A stretch of DNA of 64,000 nucleotides from a virus: positions 1 through 64,000 of IMG/VR virus record IMGVR_UViG_3300036046_000003. One strand, written 5' to 3'. Positions 19,903-29,100 of this stretch are shown here, piece after piece. Numbering within the stretch: the first letter of the stretch is position 1; each line of letters opens with the position of its first letter. The notes under the pieces were generated by a model. The model did no database searches and had not been told where the DNA came from. It worked only from the letters and a program-made list of their open reading frames with translations. Both the position numbers and the translations under genes were made by a program.

Positions 19903-20511
19903 ATGAACGACCGGCTATCACTTCTTATTGTCGCCCACAACGAAGAGGCGCTTCTAGCCGAAGCTATTCTGGCAGGGCGCGTGTACGCAAATGAAGTTGT
20001 AGTAGTAGTGCAACAGTCCAATGACCTTACCCTCAAAATCGCCTGCGAGCTGGCCGACACCGTGCTGGAACAGCCGAAAATGGGGGGCTGCGAGTTTAGC
20101 CGCAAAGCCGGAATTGAAGCCTGCCAGGGGGCCTGGGTATTGCAGCTAGACGCAGACGAGCGGCTAACCGACTACGGTCAGTCGCAGTTGCGAACCCTCC
20201 TGCGCGCCCCCAACACCGCTTATGCCCTGCGCCGCGTAACGACCGTAGACGGCCAGCTTATCGAGGACGCCTACCATCTGCGGCTACTTCGACCCGACCA
20301 ATGGGACGGGGACTACTTGACGGTACATCGCGCTCTTGGGGTAAACCACACCATTGAGGTAGGCACGGTGGGCGCTTTGCCAGTGATTGACCACCACAAA
20401 AGCGGCACGCGCCAGGCCGAGGCCGACGAACGTTACCGCCGCTACGGCTATACACGAAGCGAGGCTCGCCCCGAGTGGGCAAATATCGCCTGGACGGTGC
20501 GGCATAAATAA
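19903..20511 (+). CDS. Glycosyltransferase, GT2 (GT-A fold)
   Basis: LSLLIVAHNEE, S.D.T, WVLQLDADE. Confidence 0.85.
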   Translation: MNDRLSLLIVAHNEEALLAEAILAGRVYANEVVVVVQQSNDLTLKIACELADTVLEQPKMGGCEFSRKAGIEACQGAWVLQLDADERLTDYGQSQLRTLLRAPNTAYALRRVTTVDGQLIEDAYHLRLLRPDQWDGDYLTVHRALGVNHTIEVGTVGALPVIDHHKSGTRQAEADERYRRYGYTRSEARPEWANIAWTVRHK

Positions 20512-20521
20512 GGAGGCTACT

Positions 20522-20770
20522 ATGGAGTTTGAAGGCATTACGGAGTATACCTACACCGAAGCAGACGTTCGCCGTCTGGACGCGACCTTTACCTATCACG
20601 AACCAAAGGGAGACCAGGCCCGCCGTTACGCCTTACTTCGGGCCAGCGCTCGCGCCTTTGCAGAAGCGATGCTGACGTATTGTCCGCCCTCTAGGGAGCG
20701 TTCCCTTGCGCTTACCGAGTTGGAGATTGCGCTGATGCAGGCAAACGCCGCCATTGCCCGAAACGAGTAA
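20522..20770 (+). CDS. Acb2/Tad1-like helical-hairpin protein (putative nucleotide-signal sponge)
   Basis: FTYH.P...Q..RY..LR.....A......CP.SRERSLALT.LE.A.M.ANAAIAR pattern; AGGAGG RBS. Confidence 0.65.
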   Translation: MEFEGITEYTYTEADVRRLDATFTYHEPKGDQARRYALLRASARAFAEAMLTYCPPSRERSLALTELEIALMQANAAIARNE

Positions 20771-20773
20771 TGT

Positions 20774-21151
20774 ATGGCCGAGGTGAACCTTACAATTCAA
20801 ACAAACGCAACGTTTGACCGGCTCTTCGTATGGACGAATACGGACGGGTCACGACGTTCGTTGGCGGGCTACAAAGCGCAAATGCAAGTGCGCAAAGCGC
20901 CCGGAAAAGCGCTGCTGCTTAACCTTACTAGCGCAGGGGGCGCAATTAGGCTAGAGCAGGACGACCACCAAAATAGCGTGGTGGGTGTGTTTCGCGTCGT
21001 AATACCCGCTGCGCTGACTGCAAATATACTTTCCACCGGGCCTTTTCCGTACGACCTGCGTATATGGGCTGACAATTCGCTACAAGAGCCTGCGTACCGT
21101 TTGCTGGAAGGGCTAGTCACCTTCGACGTAGGAGTGTCGATCAATGAGTGA
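20774..21151 (+). CDS. Putative virion adaptor (beta-sandwich) protein
   Basis: NLTI..NATF...F.W, L.GY.A.MQVR, YDL, LLEG; a common phage structural pattern that precedes fibre genes. Confidence 0.6.
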   Translation: MAEVNLTIQTNATFDRLFVWTNTDGSRRSLAGYKAQMQVRKAPGKALLLNLTSAGGAIRLEQDDHQNSVVGVFRVVIPAALTANILSTGPFPYDLRIWADNSLQEPAYRLLEGLVTFDVGVSINE

Positions 21152-22037
21152 CCCGGTTATTGTAGTGGCCCCCCCGGCAACCGTTTTAGCTGTGTCCGGG
21201 CCAACAGGAGCACAAGGCCCTGCGGGGCCTGCTGGGGCCGTAGGGCCTGCCGGGGCTGTAGGGCCTGCTGGTGCCGTAGGGCCAACAGGAGCACAAGGCC
21301 CACAGGGAGAACCCGGCCCTGCGGGGCCTGCTGGGGCCGTAGGGCCAACAGGAGCACAAGGCCCACAGGGAGAACCCGGCCCTGCGGGGCCTGCTGGGGC
21401 TGTGGGGCCACAGGGAGAACCCGGCCCTGCGGGGCCTGCTGGGGCTGTGGGGCCACAGGGAGAACCCGGCCCTGCGGGGCCTGCCGGTCAAACAGTAGCT
21501 GCGGGTCGGGCGCGGGTGTCAGGAGAAAACGCGCACTTAGGTTTGCCCGGTATTTTGTTTACTGGCGTAGGGACGGTCACGCTGGCCGCCAACCGGCTTT
21601 TGTACGCCCCGCTTGTGTTGCAGCATTCGCTGACCATAGACCTGCTTAGCGTAGAGGTTACTACAGCCGGGGCTGCGGGGGCGCTCATTCGTCTAGGTTT
21701 GTACCAGGCGGATATAGACAACCAACCAACAGACCTTGTGCTGGACGCGGGGGAAGTGGACGGCGCAAGTGTCGGCGTAAAGACGATCAGCGTAAACATC
21801 TCTCTTTCTGTGGGGCGCTATTTATTGGTGCTTAACACCAACGCAACCCCTACGTTGCGCACTTTTCGTTCTGGTTCGCCCTTTGTGAATAGCGTGCTTG
21901 GCGCGACCCCGTTTTTCTCGGCGCTACGTAGGTCGGGCACCACCTACGCGGTTTTTCCAGCTACCGGGGTCGGCTGGAACAACACGAGCGCGAGTAGCGT
22001 AGGTTTTGAACACTATATTCTTTTGCGGAGCCAATAA
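21144..22037 (+). CDS. Collagen-like fibre protein
   Basis: About 30 Gly-X-Y triplets (21198-21488) followed by a globular domain. Confidence 0.85.
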   Translation: MSDPVIVVAPPATVLAVSGPTGAQGPAGPAGAVGPAGAVGPAGAVGPTGAQGPQGEPGPAGPAGAVGPTGAQGPQGEPGPAGPAGAVGPQGEPGPAGPAGAVGPQGEPGPAGPAGQTVAAGRARVSGENAHLGLPGILFTGVGTVTLAANRLLYAPLVLQHSLTIDLLSVEVTTAGAAGALIRLGLYQADIDNQPTDLVLDAGEVDGASVGVKTISVNISLSVGRYLLVLNTNATPTLRTFRSGSPFVNSVLGATPFFSALRRSGTTYAVFPATGVGWNNTSASSVGFEHYILLRSQ

Positions 22038-22573
22038 TGTATACCTGGGAACAGTACAAACGCGCCGCGCTCGAATACGCCAAATTGCGCCCGCTGCTCG
22101 TTCCAACAACGTTCAGCCCCGCGCCAAACGTCGTTTCGCCGCATTCATACCCGGCGGGAGTAATTGGGGTCGAATACCTTGATTATGGCTCCGAGTTTAC
22201 GCTAATTGAGCTAATGGGCGCGCCGAGCGGCGAACAGGGCTGGGCGCGTCTTTCGGCGGGGCTGTACTTGACCCCGGCCCCAAGTACAACTACTCCAATT
22301 CGCGTAGTCTGGCAAAAGGCTCACGAGGCCGACGAGGTTCAAGAAACTTTTCCAACAATCCCTGACGTAGACCGCCCGTTGGTAGCCGACCTGGCGACAG
22401 CGCTGCAACTAGACGCCGAGGCAGACGAGATCGCCACAGGCCCGTTAACCTACAGCTTTGGGCAATCGGAAGTAGACCGCTCTAAGGCGCTGGCCGACCT
22501 ACGAAGCCGAGCGGCGGCGTTGCGAGAGCGCGTACATCAAAAGCTTGGCGGCCCACTTGCTGTTTGGAGCTGA
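22037..22573 (+). CDS. Putative head-tail adaptor
   Basis: Gene order and size. Confidence 0.5.
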   Translation: MYTWEQYKRAALEYAKLRPLLVPTTFSPAPNVVSPHSYPAGVIGVEYLDYGSEFTLIELMGAPSGEQGWARLSAGLYLTPAPSTTTPIRVVWQKAHEADEVQETFPTIPDVDRPLVADLATALQLDAEADEIATGPLTYSFGQSEVDRSKALADLRSRAAALRERVHQKLGGPLAVWS

Positions 22574-22575
22574 GA

Positions 22576-22980
22576 ATGCCCCCGTATCAAAATCAAGCAC
22601 AATCAAGGCGCGCTTCGGATATGCGCCGTATTGTGGCCGACAATCCCGCGACGCTTACGCGCTACCGCAAGCACAGCCCCGACCAGTTTCGAGACGCAAT
22701 TACGCTGGTGTACGGCCCGCTGACAGTAGCACTAGCCCCTTTTCGTGCCACTCGTATTCCGGGTGCGTTTGACGAAAAAGGCACGGGGGCCACCTCCGCC
22801 TTTGTGCTAGGCGGCGTAGATATTCCGCGTATCGTTAGAGACCCACAACTTAACGTAGACGTACCTACGTTGCAACTAGCAGACAGACTAACTGACGCGG
22901 ACGGAAATACGTTTGAAGTTACATCGCCGCCTTTTTGGAGCGGCGGAGTGGTAGAGGCCAACCTAGAGCTTCGAGGCTGA
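22576..22980 (+). CDS. Putative head-closure protein
   Basis: Gene order; D...D..G..F.V beta pattern. Confidence 0.45.
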   Translation: MPPYQNQAQSRRASDMRRIVADNPATLTRYRKHSPDQFRDAITLVYGPLTVALAPFRATRIPGAFDEKGTGATSAFVLGGVDIPRIVRDPQLNVDVPTLQLADRLTDADGNTFEVTSPPFWSGGVVEANLELRG

Positions 22981-22982
22981 TT

Positions 22983-23534
22983 ATGAAGTTTGCGGTCAGT
23001 TCGCGCTTTCAACAGCGTATCGCCGCCGCGAAGCTTGCTGTAGAAGCCGCCGCCGAAAAGGGAATGCAGACCGTGATTGAGCTGGCCGAGGAAGACGCAC
23101 AAGCCCTAGCCGGTTGGAACGCGGCAGGGCCAGCTAGCGGCACCTATGGGGACGTTCAGTGGGAATGGGAAGTAACCGATACGGCGAGACGCAGTATTAG
23201 TGGCTATGTTGTGCCTAGACGGCGCTTAAACAGTATTTCGTCCAAAATAACGTATTCTACGCGCACCAATGTAAAAACGGGCTACAGCCGCCGCTTAGAA
23301 CACCGTCACGAACTTGATACAGGGCTTGCAAAACCGCACAGTCAGGTACCTGGAAAGGTTATTGGCGTCCTAACGATGCCCGTCGCGTATGGCCCACACC
23401 TACAGAAGTGGGAGCGACAAGGGGGCGGTACCCCGGTGACGCTTGCCGTCTTTCGCGCTAATTGGGCCGCGCTGTACTTTCGCCTAATTGCGCTAGAGCT
23501 AGAACGCGCCTGCAAGCGCGCCTTGTCCTCATAG
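22983..23534 (+). CDS. Putative neck / tail-completion protein (HK97 gp10-like position)
   Basis: TD.ARRSI and YG..L motifs; gene order. Confidence 0.45.
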   Translation: MKFAVSSRFQQRIAAAKLAVEAAAEKGMQTVIELAEEDAQALAGWNAAGPASGTYGDVQWEWEVTDTARRSISGYVVPRRRLNSISSKITYSTRTNVKTGYSRRLEHRHELDTGLAKPHSQVPGKVIGVLTMPVAYGPHLQKWERQGGGTPVTLAVFRANWAALYFRLIALELERACKRALSS

Positions 23535-23571
23535 CGCGCAAAAAGGGCAATTCGGATACTAGGAGGGACGA

Positions 23572-24045
23572 ATGTATACCCCACAGCCCGGAGACGAGGG
23601 GCTGGGATTATTGTTAGTGGCGCTCCGCGACTACCTGGCCGCCGACGAGGCCATTCTTGAACTGTTGCCCGCACGCGAAAAGGGTATCGTAGCGGAGGGC
23701 TTTCTGACCAACGATACGCCCACGCCCTTTATTATGCCCACGGTTATTGGGGACGGTGAAAGCGCGTGGGGCGTAGACGCGCAATTGGTGCGTCTGCTCA
23801 TTTACGCGGGCGACCGGGGGCGTGGCTACAGTCGAATTGAGCGGCTGCTAAACCGAATACGGCGGCGTATCAATAACTCCCCCGCTGCGCAGGTCTTTTT
23901 TACGTTCCCTTCAACAGAGCCAATGCATCTGCTTTCAATTGAAGTCAGCGGCTCTTCGGCCAGCGCCACACTGCCCGCGTGGCGCGCCGAGCTGCGTGGC
24001 CTCTTTGTATTTGCTCATCTGGCCGGTATGCGTCATTCAGATTAA
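23572..24045 (+). CDS. Putative tail terminator
   Basis: Lies just before the tail-tube gene; L.DYL.AD..I..L...P.PFI pattern. Confidence 0.55.
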   Translation: MYTPQPGDEGLGLLLVALRDYLAADEAILELLPAREKGIVAEGFLTNDTPTPFIMPTVIGDGESAWGVDAQLVRLLIYAGDRGRGYSRIERLLNRIRRRINNSPAAQVFFTFPSTEPMHLLSIEVSGSSASATLPAWRAELRGLFVFAHLAGMRHSD

Positions 24046-24089
24046 GCGGCGTAAACGTCGCTACTTAGTGTACAGAGGAGTTAGCTTCA

Positions 24090-24644
24090 ATGCCTTCGAC
24101 CCGACAGCCGTATACTGGCTTTGGCATCCGCCGCGTAGAAATTGCGCTTGCGCCCACCGCGCCCAACACAACCCCGGATTGGGTTCACGTACCTTCCGTG
24201 GAAAGCGCCGCGTTTAAAATGGACGTGGAAAAGGTCGATCAGTACGGCGACGATAAGCGCCAGGGGTCTTTCAATCACTCGCCCAAGGGTATGATCAATA
24301 TCAAGGGCAATAAGCAGAGTATGCGCGTCTTCGAGCTGGTGAGCGGTAACGCCGTATCCAGCAGCGCAGGTAAAGAGATTATCGAGATTGGCACCGACGA
24401 TGAGCTGATCCCGCCCCGGCTGATCGCCCGCACCTATACCCCTATCCGTAATGACGACGGAACGTCGGGTATGCAGATCGCGTATTTCTATAGCTGTGAC
24501 GCAAAGACCACTTGGGACGGCGTTCCCGGCTCGGAGCGGGCAAAGCTGGCCGAGGTCTCTATTCAGCTTGATTGCTATCAGTCGGAAAAGGACGAGCGCG
24601 GGAACGCGCTCACAAGGCCCGCCTTTGGCCGCCTTGAAGTCTAG
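24090..24644 (+). CDS. Major tail tube protein
   Basis: FGI...I, YGDD; 184 aa; upstream of the chaperone and tape-measure genes; no sheath gene present. Confidence 0.7.
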   Translation: MPSTRQPYTGFGIRRVEIALAPTAPNTTPDWVHVPSVESAAFKMDVEKVDQYGDDKRQGSFNHSPKGMINIKGNKQSMRVFELVSGNAVSSSAGKEIIEIGTDDELIPPRLIARTYTPIRNDDGTSGMQIAYFYSCDAKTTWDGVPGSERAKLAEVSIQLDCYQSEKDERGNALTRPAFGRLEV

Positions 24645-25319
24645 TTCTGCACTAATTGCAGAACCTCACTGCGCGACACGCCCCTTCGCAAGTGCGAAGT
24701 AGAAGTACCCTACTCAGGTATACCCTTCTGGTTCTATCGCCGCTCCTGGGGCTTCCCAGGCCCCTTGTGGGGTCGCCTCGCCGGAACCCTTTACTTCCCG
24801 AAGTGGGCGTTGGAGGGAAAGAAGGTTCGGAATAAAGGGAACTGTACTAGCCTACACAACCCGAAGGGTCAGAGCGTGTCTTTGTGTTCTTCGGGCTTGT
24901 GTTGGGTAAACGAGGAGGGTTGTGAAAAGTATCACAACCCTATATATTTTCCGAGTTTCCCGCTTTGGGCCGCACAGGCCGACACTAGGCAGGGTAGGGG
25001 CAACACGTACAACTACGCGGGGCGCTAGCCGCGCCCCTGCACCCCCAGGCCCGTCTCGCTCCGCTCGACGGAAACGCTAACGCGTTTTCTAGAGGAGACA
25101 TACTCCTACAACCCCACCTCCCTAAAGGCCCTCTTAGTATACCAGTTAAAAACAAGTTAGTGGGACAAAAAGAGGGGTGAAAGAGGGCAGTTTGGGGTAC
25201 TTGTTTCGGTTTTGCCGCGTTCCAAAGCCAAACACACATTACAAAACTGTAATCGATTTTCTCATAAATCTCTTGACAAGGTTTTGGCGGAACGGGGCAA
25301 CGTTCTGCATTTACTGCAC
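24645..25319 (+). repeat. Dispersed structured non-coding element, copy A
   Basis: 24885-25281 matches 31940-32336 with one substitution seen; TGCA-N5-TGCA boxes at both ends. Confidence 0.95.
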
Positions 25320-25337
25320 ATCTCTTGAAAGGAGACA

Positions 25338-25811
25338 GTGATGAGCGACGCTACGCCAGGTCAGTCGGCTACGTTGGTGCCTTTGTTTGACCGAGTAACG
25401 ATTGGCGATGAGACGTATACAATCGGAACGTTCAGTCTGGCTCGTACCATTCGAGCCTTCGCGCTTTTGACGCAGCTGGCCGAAATTGCCGGACTAGGCA
25501 AAGAGCGGGACGAGCAGCAGCCGTCGTCCGTTTTCGGGGGAATTATTTCCGCGCTACCGACGCTGGTAAAGACGGGCACACCGGCCCTGTACAGTCTCCT
25601 GGGTCTGATTATCACACCAAACGTGCGCCTCCGAAAAATGGAGGAGGACGGGGAGGACGTAGACGAGTATTTGCTGCGCCAGGGGCGACGGCTTTCTCAC
25701 GAGGCCAACACGCAGCAGTTCGTTCAGCTCTTGACGGCTGCGGTGAAGGCGATTGGCGTTGACACCGTTTTGGGGGAAGTAAGCGGCCTCCTAGCCGCCG
25801 TGAAGAGCTAG
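25338..25811 (+). CDS. Tail assembly chaperone (gpG-like)
   Basis: Between the tube and tape-measure genes; slippery site near the 3' end. Confidence 0.75.
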   Translation: MMSDATPGQSATLVPLFDRVTIGDETYTIGTFSLARTIRAFALLTQLAEIAGLGKERDEQQPSSVFGGIISALPTLVKTGTPALYSLLGLIITPNVRLRKMEEDGEDVDEYLLRQGRRLSHEANTQQFVQLLTAAVKAIGVDTVLGEVSGLLAAVKS

Positions 25812-26101
25812 GAAGCGGCGGCCCGCTCGTGTGGTATCGCCTGATAGAGGTTTTAGCCGACGCATATGGGTGGACGTTTGATTATTGTCTCCACCGTTTG
25901 TCGTTTGCACAGGCAATTACCATACTGGACGCTCGCCACGAGCGGTTACGGCGCGCAAATGAGGCCGCCGAGCAAAGACAGCGCGAAAGCCAGCTAGACG
26001 GCTGGGAAGACCCGGCGAAGTACGCGGTTGACGAAGACGACGTGGAGAGCCTACCAACGCGGGACGATATACGCGCTACGTTGGCCGGACTGTTTGGCTA
26101 G
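25772..26101 (+). CDS. Tail assembly chaperone extension (gpGT-like) made by a -1 frameshift
   Basis: GGGGGAA at 25772-25778; the -1 frame is open from there into ORF 25829-26101 (YGWT.DY....LS..Q). Confidence 0.75.
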   Translation, partial: GGSKRPPSRREELGSGGPLVWYRLIEVLADAYGWTFDYCLHRLSFAQAITILDARHERLRRANEAAEQRQRESQLDGWEDPAKYAVDEDDVESLPTRDDIRATLAGLFG

Positions 26102-26104
26102 AAC

Positions 26105-26146
26105 AAAAAAAGCCCCTGCCCTGAAAAGGGGCGGGGGCTTCTTTTT
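26105..26146. terminator. Terminator-like hairpin before the tape-measure gene
   Basis: A run, GCCCCTGCCC...GGGCGGGGGC, T run. Confidence 0.6.
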
Positions 26147-26163
26147 ATTTTCGGGAGGCGCAG

Positions 26164-29100
26164 GTGGCGGAAGAGCTTTTTGAGGGCCGGGCGGAAGTTA
26201 ATATTGCCCCGTTTGTGGCAAACCTTGAACAAATGGAGCGTCGGGCGCAGGCCGCAGCCGCCGCGATTAAGGCGCAGTTTGACGGGCTTGCGGCGGATAT
26301 AAGGAAGTCATTTCAGTCCGTCGCCGCTGGCGGCGTTCCTATTCAGCTGACAACGAACCAGGTGGCCGCGCAGGTACGAACGGTGCGTCAGGGAGTGCAG
26401 GATCAGGTAAAAGCACTCCAACAGTTGTCCGCCATTGAAAAGGCAACTCGACAGAAAGCCGCGCAGGACGCGCTTACTATTGAGCGGGGCCGTTCCCGCG
26501 ACCTGCTGGCCCAACTGCGCTACGCTCAGGGAGAAGAAGTTAAGGTAGTGCAGGCCGCCGCCGCTGCCCGAGCAAACGCACTGCGGGCCGCAGTTGCCGA
26601 GCAGCGGCGCGTAGAAGCGGAGGCCCGCACACAGGCAGCCGCGCAGCTTCGGGCCGCCTCCGGTTTTGAAGGGGCGGGGGAGGGGGCGAATGCTGCCGGG
26701 GCAAGGGCACAGGCGCTTGCGTCTATCCAGGTCGCCGAAGAAAGTGTGCAGAAGCGTTCGTCGCTAGAACGCGAGCTAACGGAGGTAGCCCGTGCTGAGA
26801 ATGCGGCGAGAACAAAGCTTGCGGAAGACGGCGCTCGGCGTATGGCGGAGGCCCAGCAAGGCGCTATCCGCAGTTTTAATTTGTCCGGGCGGGCGGGGCT
26901 GGATCAGTTTGCAACTGCTTTCGAGGAGACCATTCGACAAGTAGAAGATCGTTGGAACAGCGTCTTTCGAGCGGGTACGCAAATTCAGTCGGTCGGTCAG
27001 GGATTTGTGCAGTTTGCGAGCAACGTAAAAAACGCGGGAATGGCGTTGACCGACAACGCGGGTGACTTTGACTTCTGGATTGCCCGTACAAAAGCGGCGA
27101 TGCAATCCGCAGGCAGTAACGAGGCCGTTACGCAAATTGAAGAATTGCAAAGCCGAACGCTAGACCTGGGTCGGGAACTAGGCTCCCTTGATCCAGAAGA
27201 ACTAGCTACGGGTTGGTTTACGTACCAGGCGGCGCTTGGCGAAACGATCAACACTACGGAGGACTTGGAAGAAACGCAAAACGCGCTCCGTGTAATGCTA
27301 CAGGCCGGAATTATTTCCGACAGTACCCCGGAGACCGTTATGCGCGGCGTCGCGGGTGTGTTGGCGTCGTACCGGCTCGAAACGGAGGACAGCGCGTATG
27401 CGACCTCCGTACTGATGAACGTTACGCAGCGGACGCAAGCTGAGTTTATCGACTTGTTGGAAGCGTATAAAATGATCGGCTCGCAGGGGCCGGTTATGAA
27501 CGGGTCTATTGCTGAAACGTCTGCATTGTTGGCAGCAATGGCAACGCAGAACATTAAGGGGTCGCAGGCTGGACGGTCGCTAAATATGGTGTATTCCCGC
27601 CTCAATGATATGACGCGGGAAGGTGCCGAAGTTCTAGACGAAATTCTTGTTTCTTCGCAGGGGCTTCAAGGCTCCTGGGAAGACATTGCGTTTGCGGGCG
27701 GGCCGTTTATTGGACTTTTGGGTGAAATTGACGAACAGGGAAACGTCGTCAAAGAAGGGTTCATCGAAAAATTCGTAGAACCCTTTATGCAGCTTCCCAA
27801 AGAGATCCGAGACGTAGAGCTTGCGCAGGCAATTGGTAAAATTTTCCCCGAGAACGCGGCACGCGGTTTTATTCCGCTGGTTCAATCCTACGCGGACGGG
27901 CTGGACGCGGTACGATCCGGCGCTGACGGGGCGCAAAACGAACTGCTCACACTGTACGCGGAGTTTCAGGACGGCAACGAACAAGCCCGTTTGTTTGACG
28001 CGCAGTGGAAAACAATCTTTGAAAGCCTGCGCCAACAGATAGACCGGGCGACGTATGGGTTTCGACAGGGCTTTACGCGCATCGGTGTGCTGACTGCCGA
28101 AGTTTTTATCCCGGTAATCGGCTGGGTAGGCGGTTTGGTAGAGCGGCTGGCCCTGTTTGCGGAGAACAACCCAACCGTCGCAAAGTCGGTGTTGGCCGTT
28201 GTCGGTACTTTGGCGGCGCTTGCGGCGGTGATTGGGCCGCTGCTTATCGCCGTAGGCTTGATGCTTACGGGTATTTCGGGTTTCTCAGTTGCCGCTGCTT
28301 CGCTGGCCGGGTTAAAAGGGGCATTTGTAGGACTGCTCACTACGCTGGGCGTTACGGCACCGCCGCTGGGGATTTTGCTGGGGTTGCTCGCCGCAGTCGC
28401 GTTGGGCGCGTATCTCCTCACGAACAACGTGAGTGGTCTGCGCGACGCGCTGGGCGGCTTGGGCGGGTCGCTGGGTACGCTGCTGGGCGGCCTGGGCGAG
28501 TTTGGTATCGGTCTGGTGGAGGCGCTGGAAGGCGCGTTAACCGGGTCTGAGGAGAAGTTCCAAGAGGGTATGCGCCGCGCAGCAGAAGGCGGTATTGCTG
28601 TTCTTGTGCTTTTCCCCCAGCGCGTAGGGGAGGTATTTGCACAGTTTCAGCAGGACTTCTACGTTTGGGGATTTAACTTAATGATCAGCCTGCGGGACGG
28701 CATTTACGCCGCCGGGGAATATTTGTTGCAGGCGGCGTCCGATATTGCCGCCGGTATTGCGCAGTATTTCGAGAGTTTTTCACCCCCGAAAGTTGGCCCC
28801 CTGCGCGGGATCTATGTTTGGGGGCGCAATCTTATTCGTACCTTTATCGAGGGTATGAGCGCCGCTGATATTACGGCAGTGTCGGATATTGCGGGTCGTA
28901 TCGGGGACGCGCTTCAACTGACCAAAGATTTTGGCGGCGGCGAAGAAGGATTGGACGTACTAGGCCTTTCCAACGAAGCCAATGAACTGGCGGCGCAAAT
29001 GGTAGGTATCCTACAGCGTGGCGGGCGCGTAAGCGATACGTTCTTTGAAGGACTTCGCAGCGGCCTAGGCGCGTGGTACGAGGATATACAGAATATCCTG

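Noticed and set aside
21198-21488. DNA tandem repeat as a separate element
   Set aside because: Explained by collagen Gly-X-Y coding.
24985-25239. ORFs inside the dispersed elements (also 24765-25028, 32040-32390, 53469-53693)
   Set aside because: Start and length are not consistent across copies, there is no clear RBS and the translations look non-coding.
24645-25319. IS or MITE identity for the dispersed element
   Set aside because: No transposase, consistent termini or target-site duplications seen; not fully excluded without a database search.
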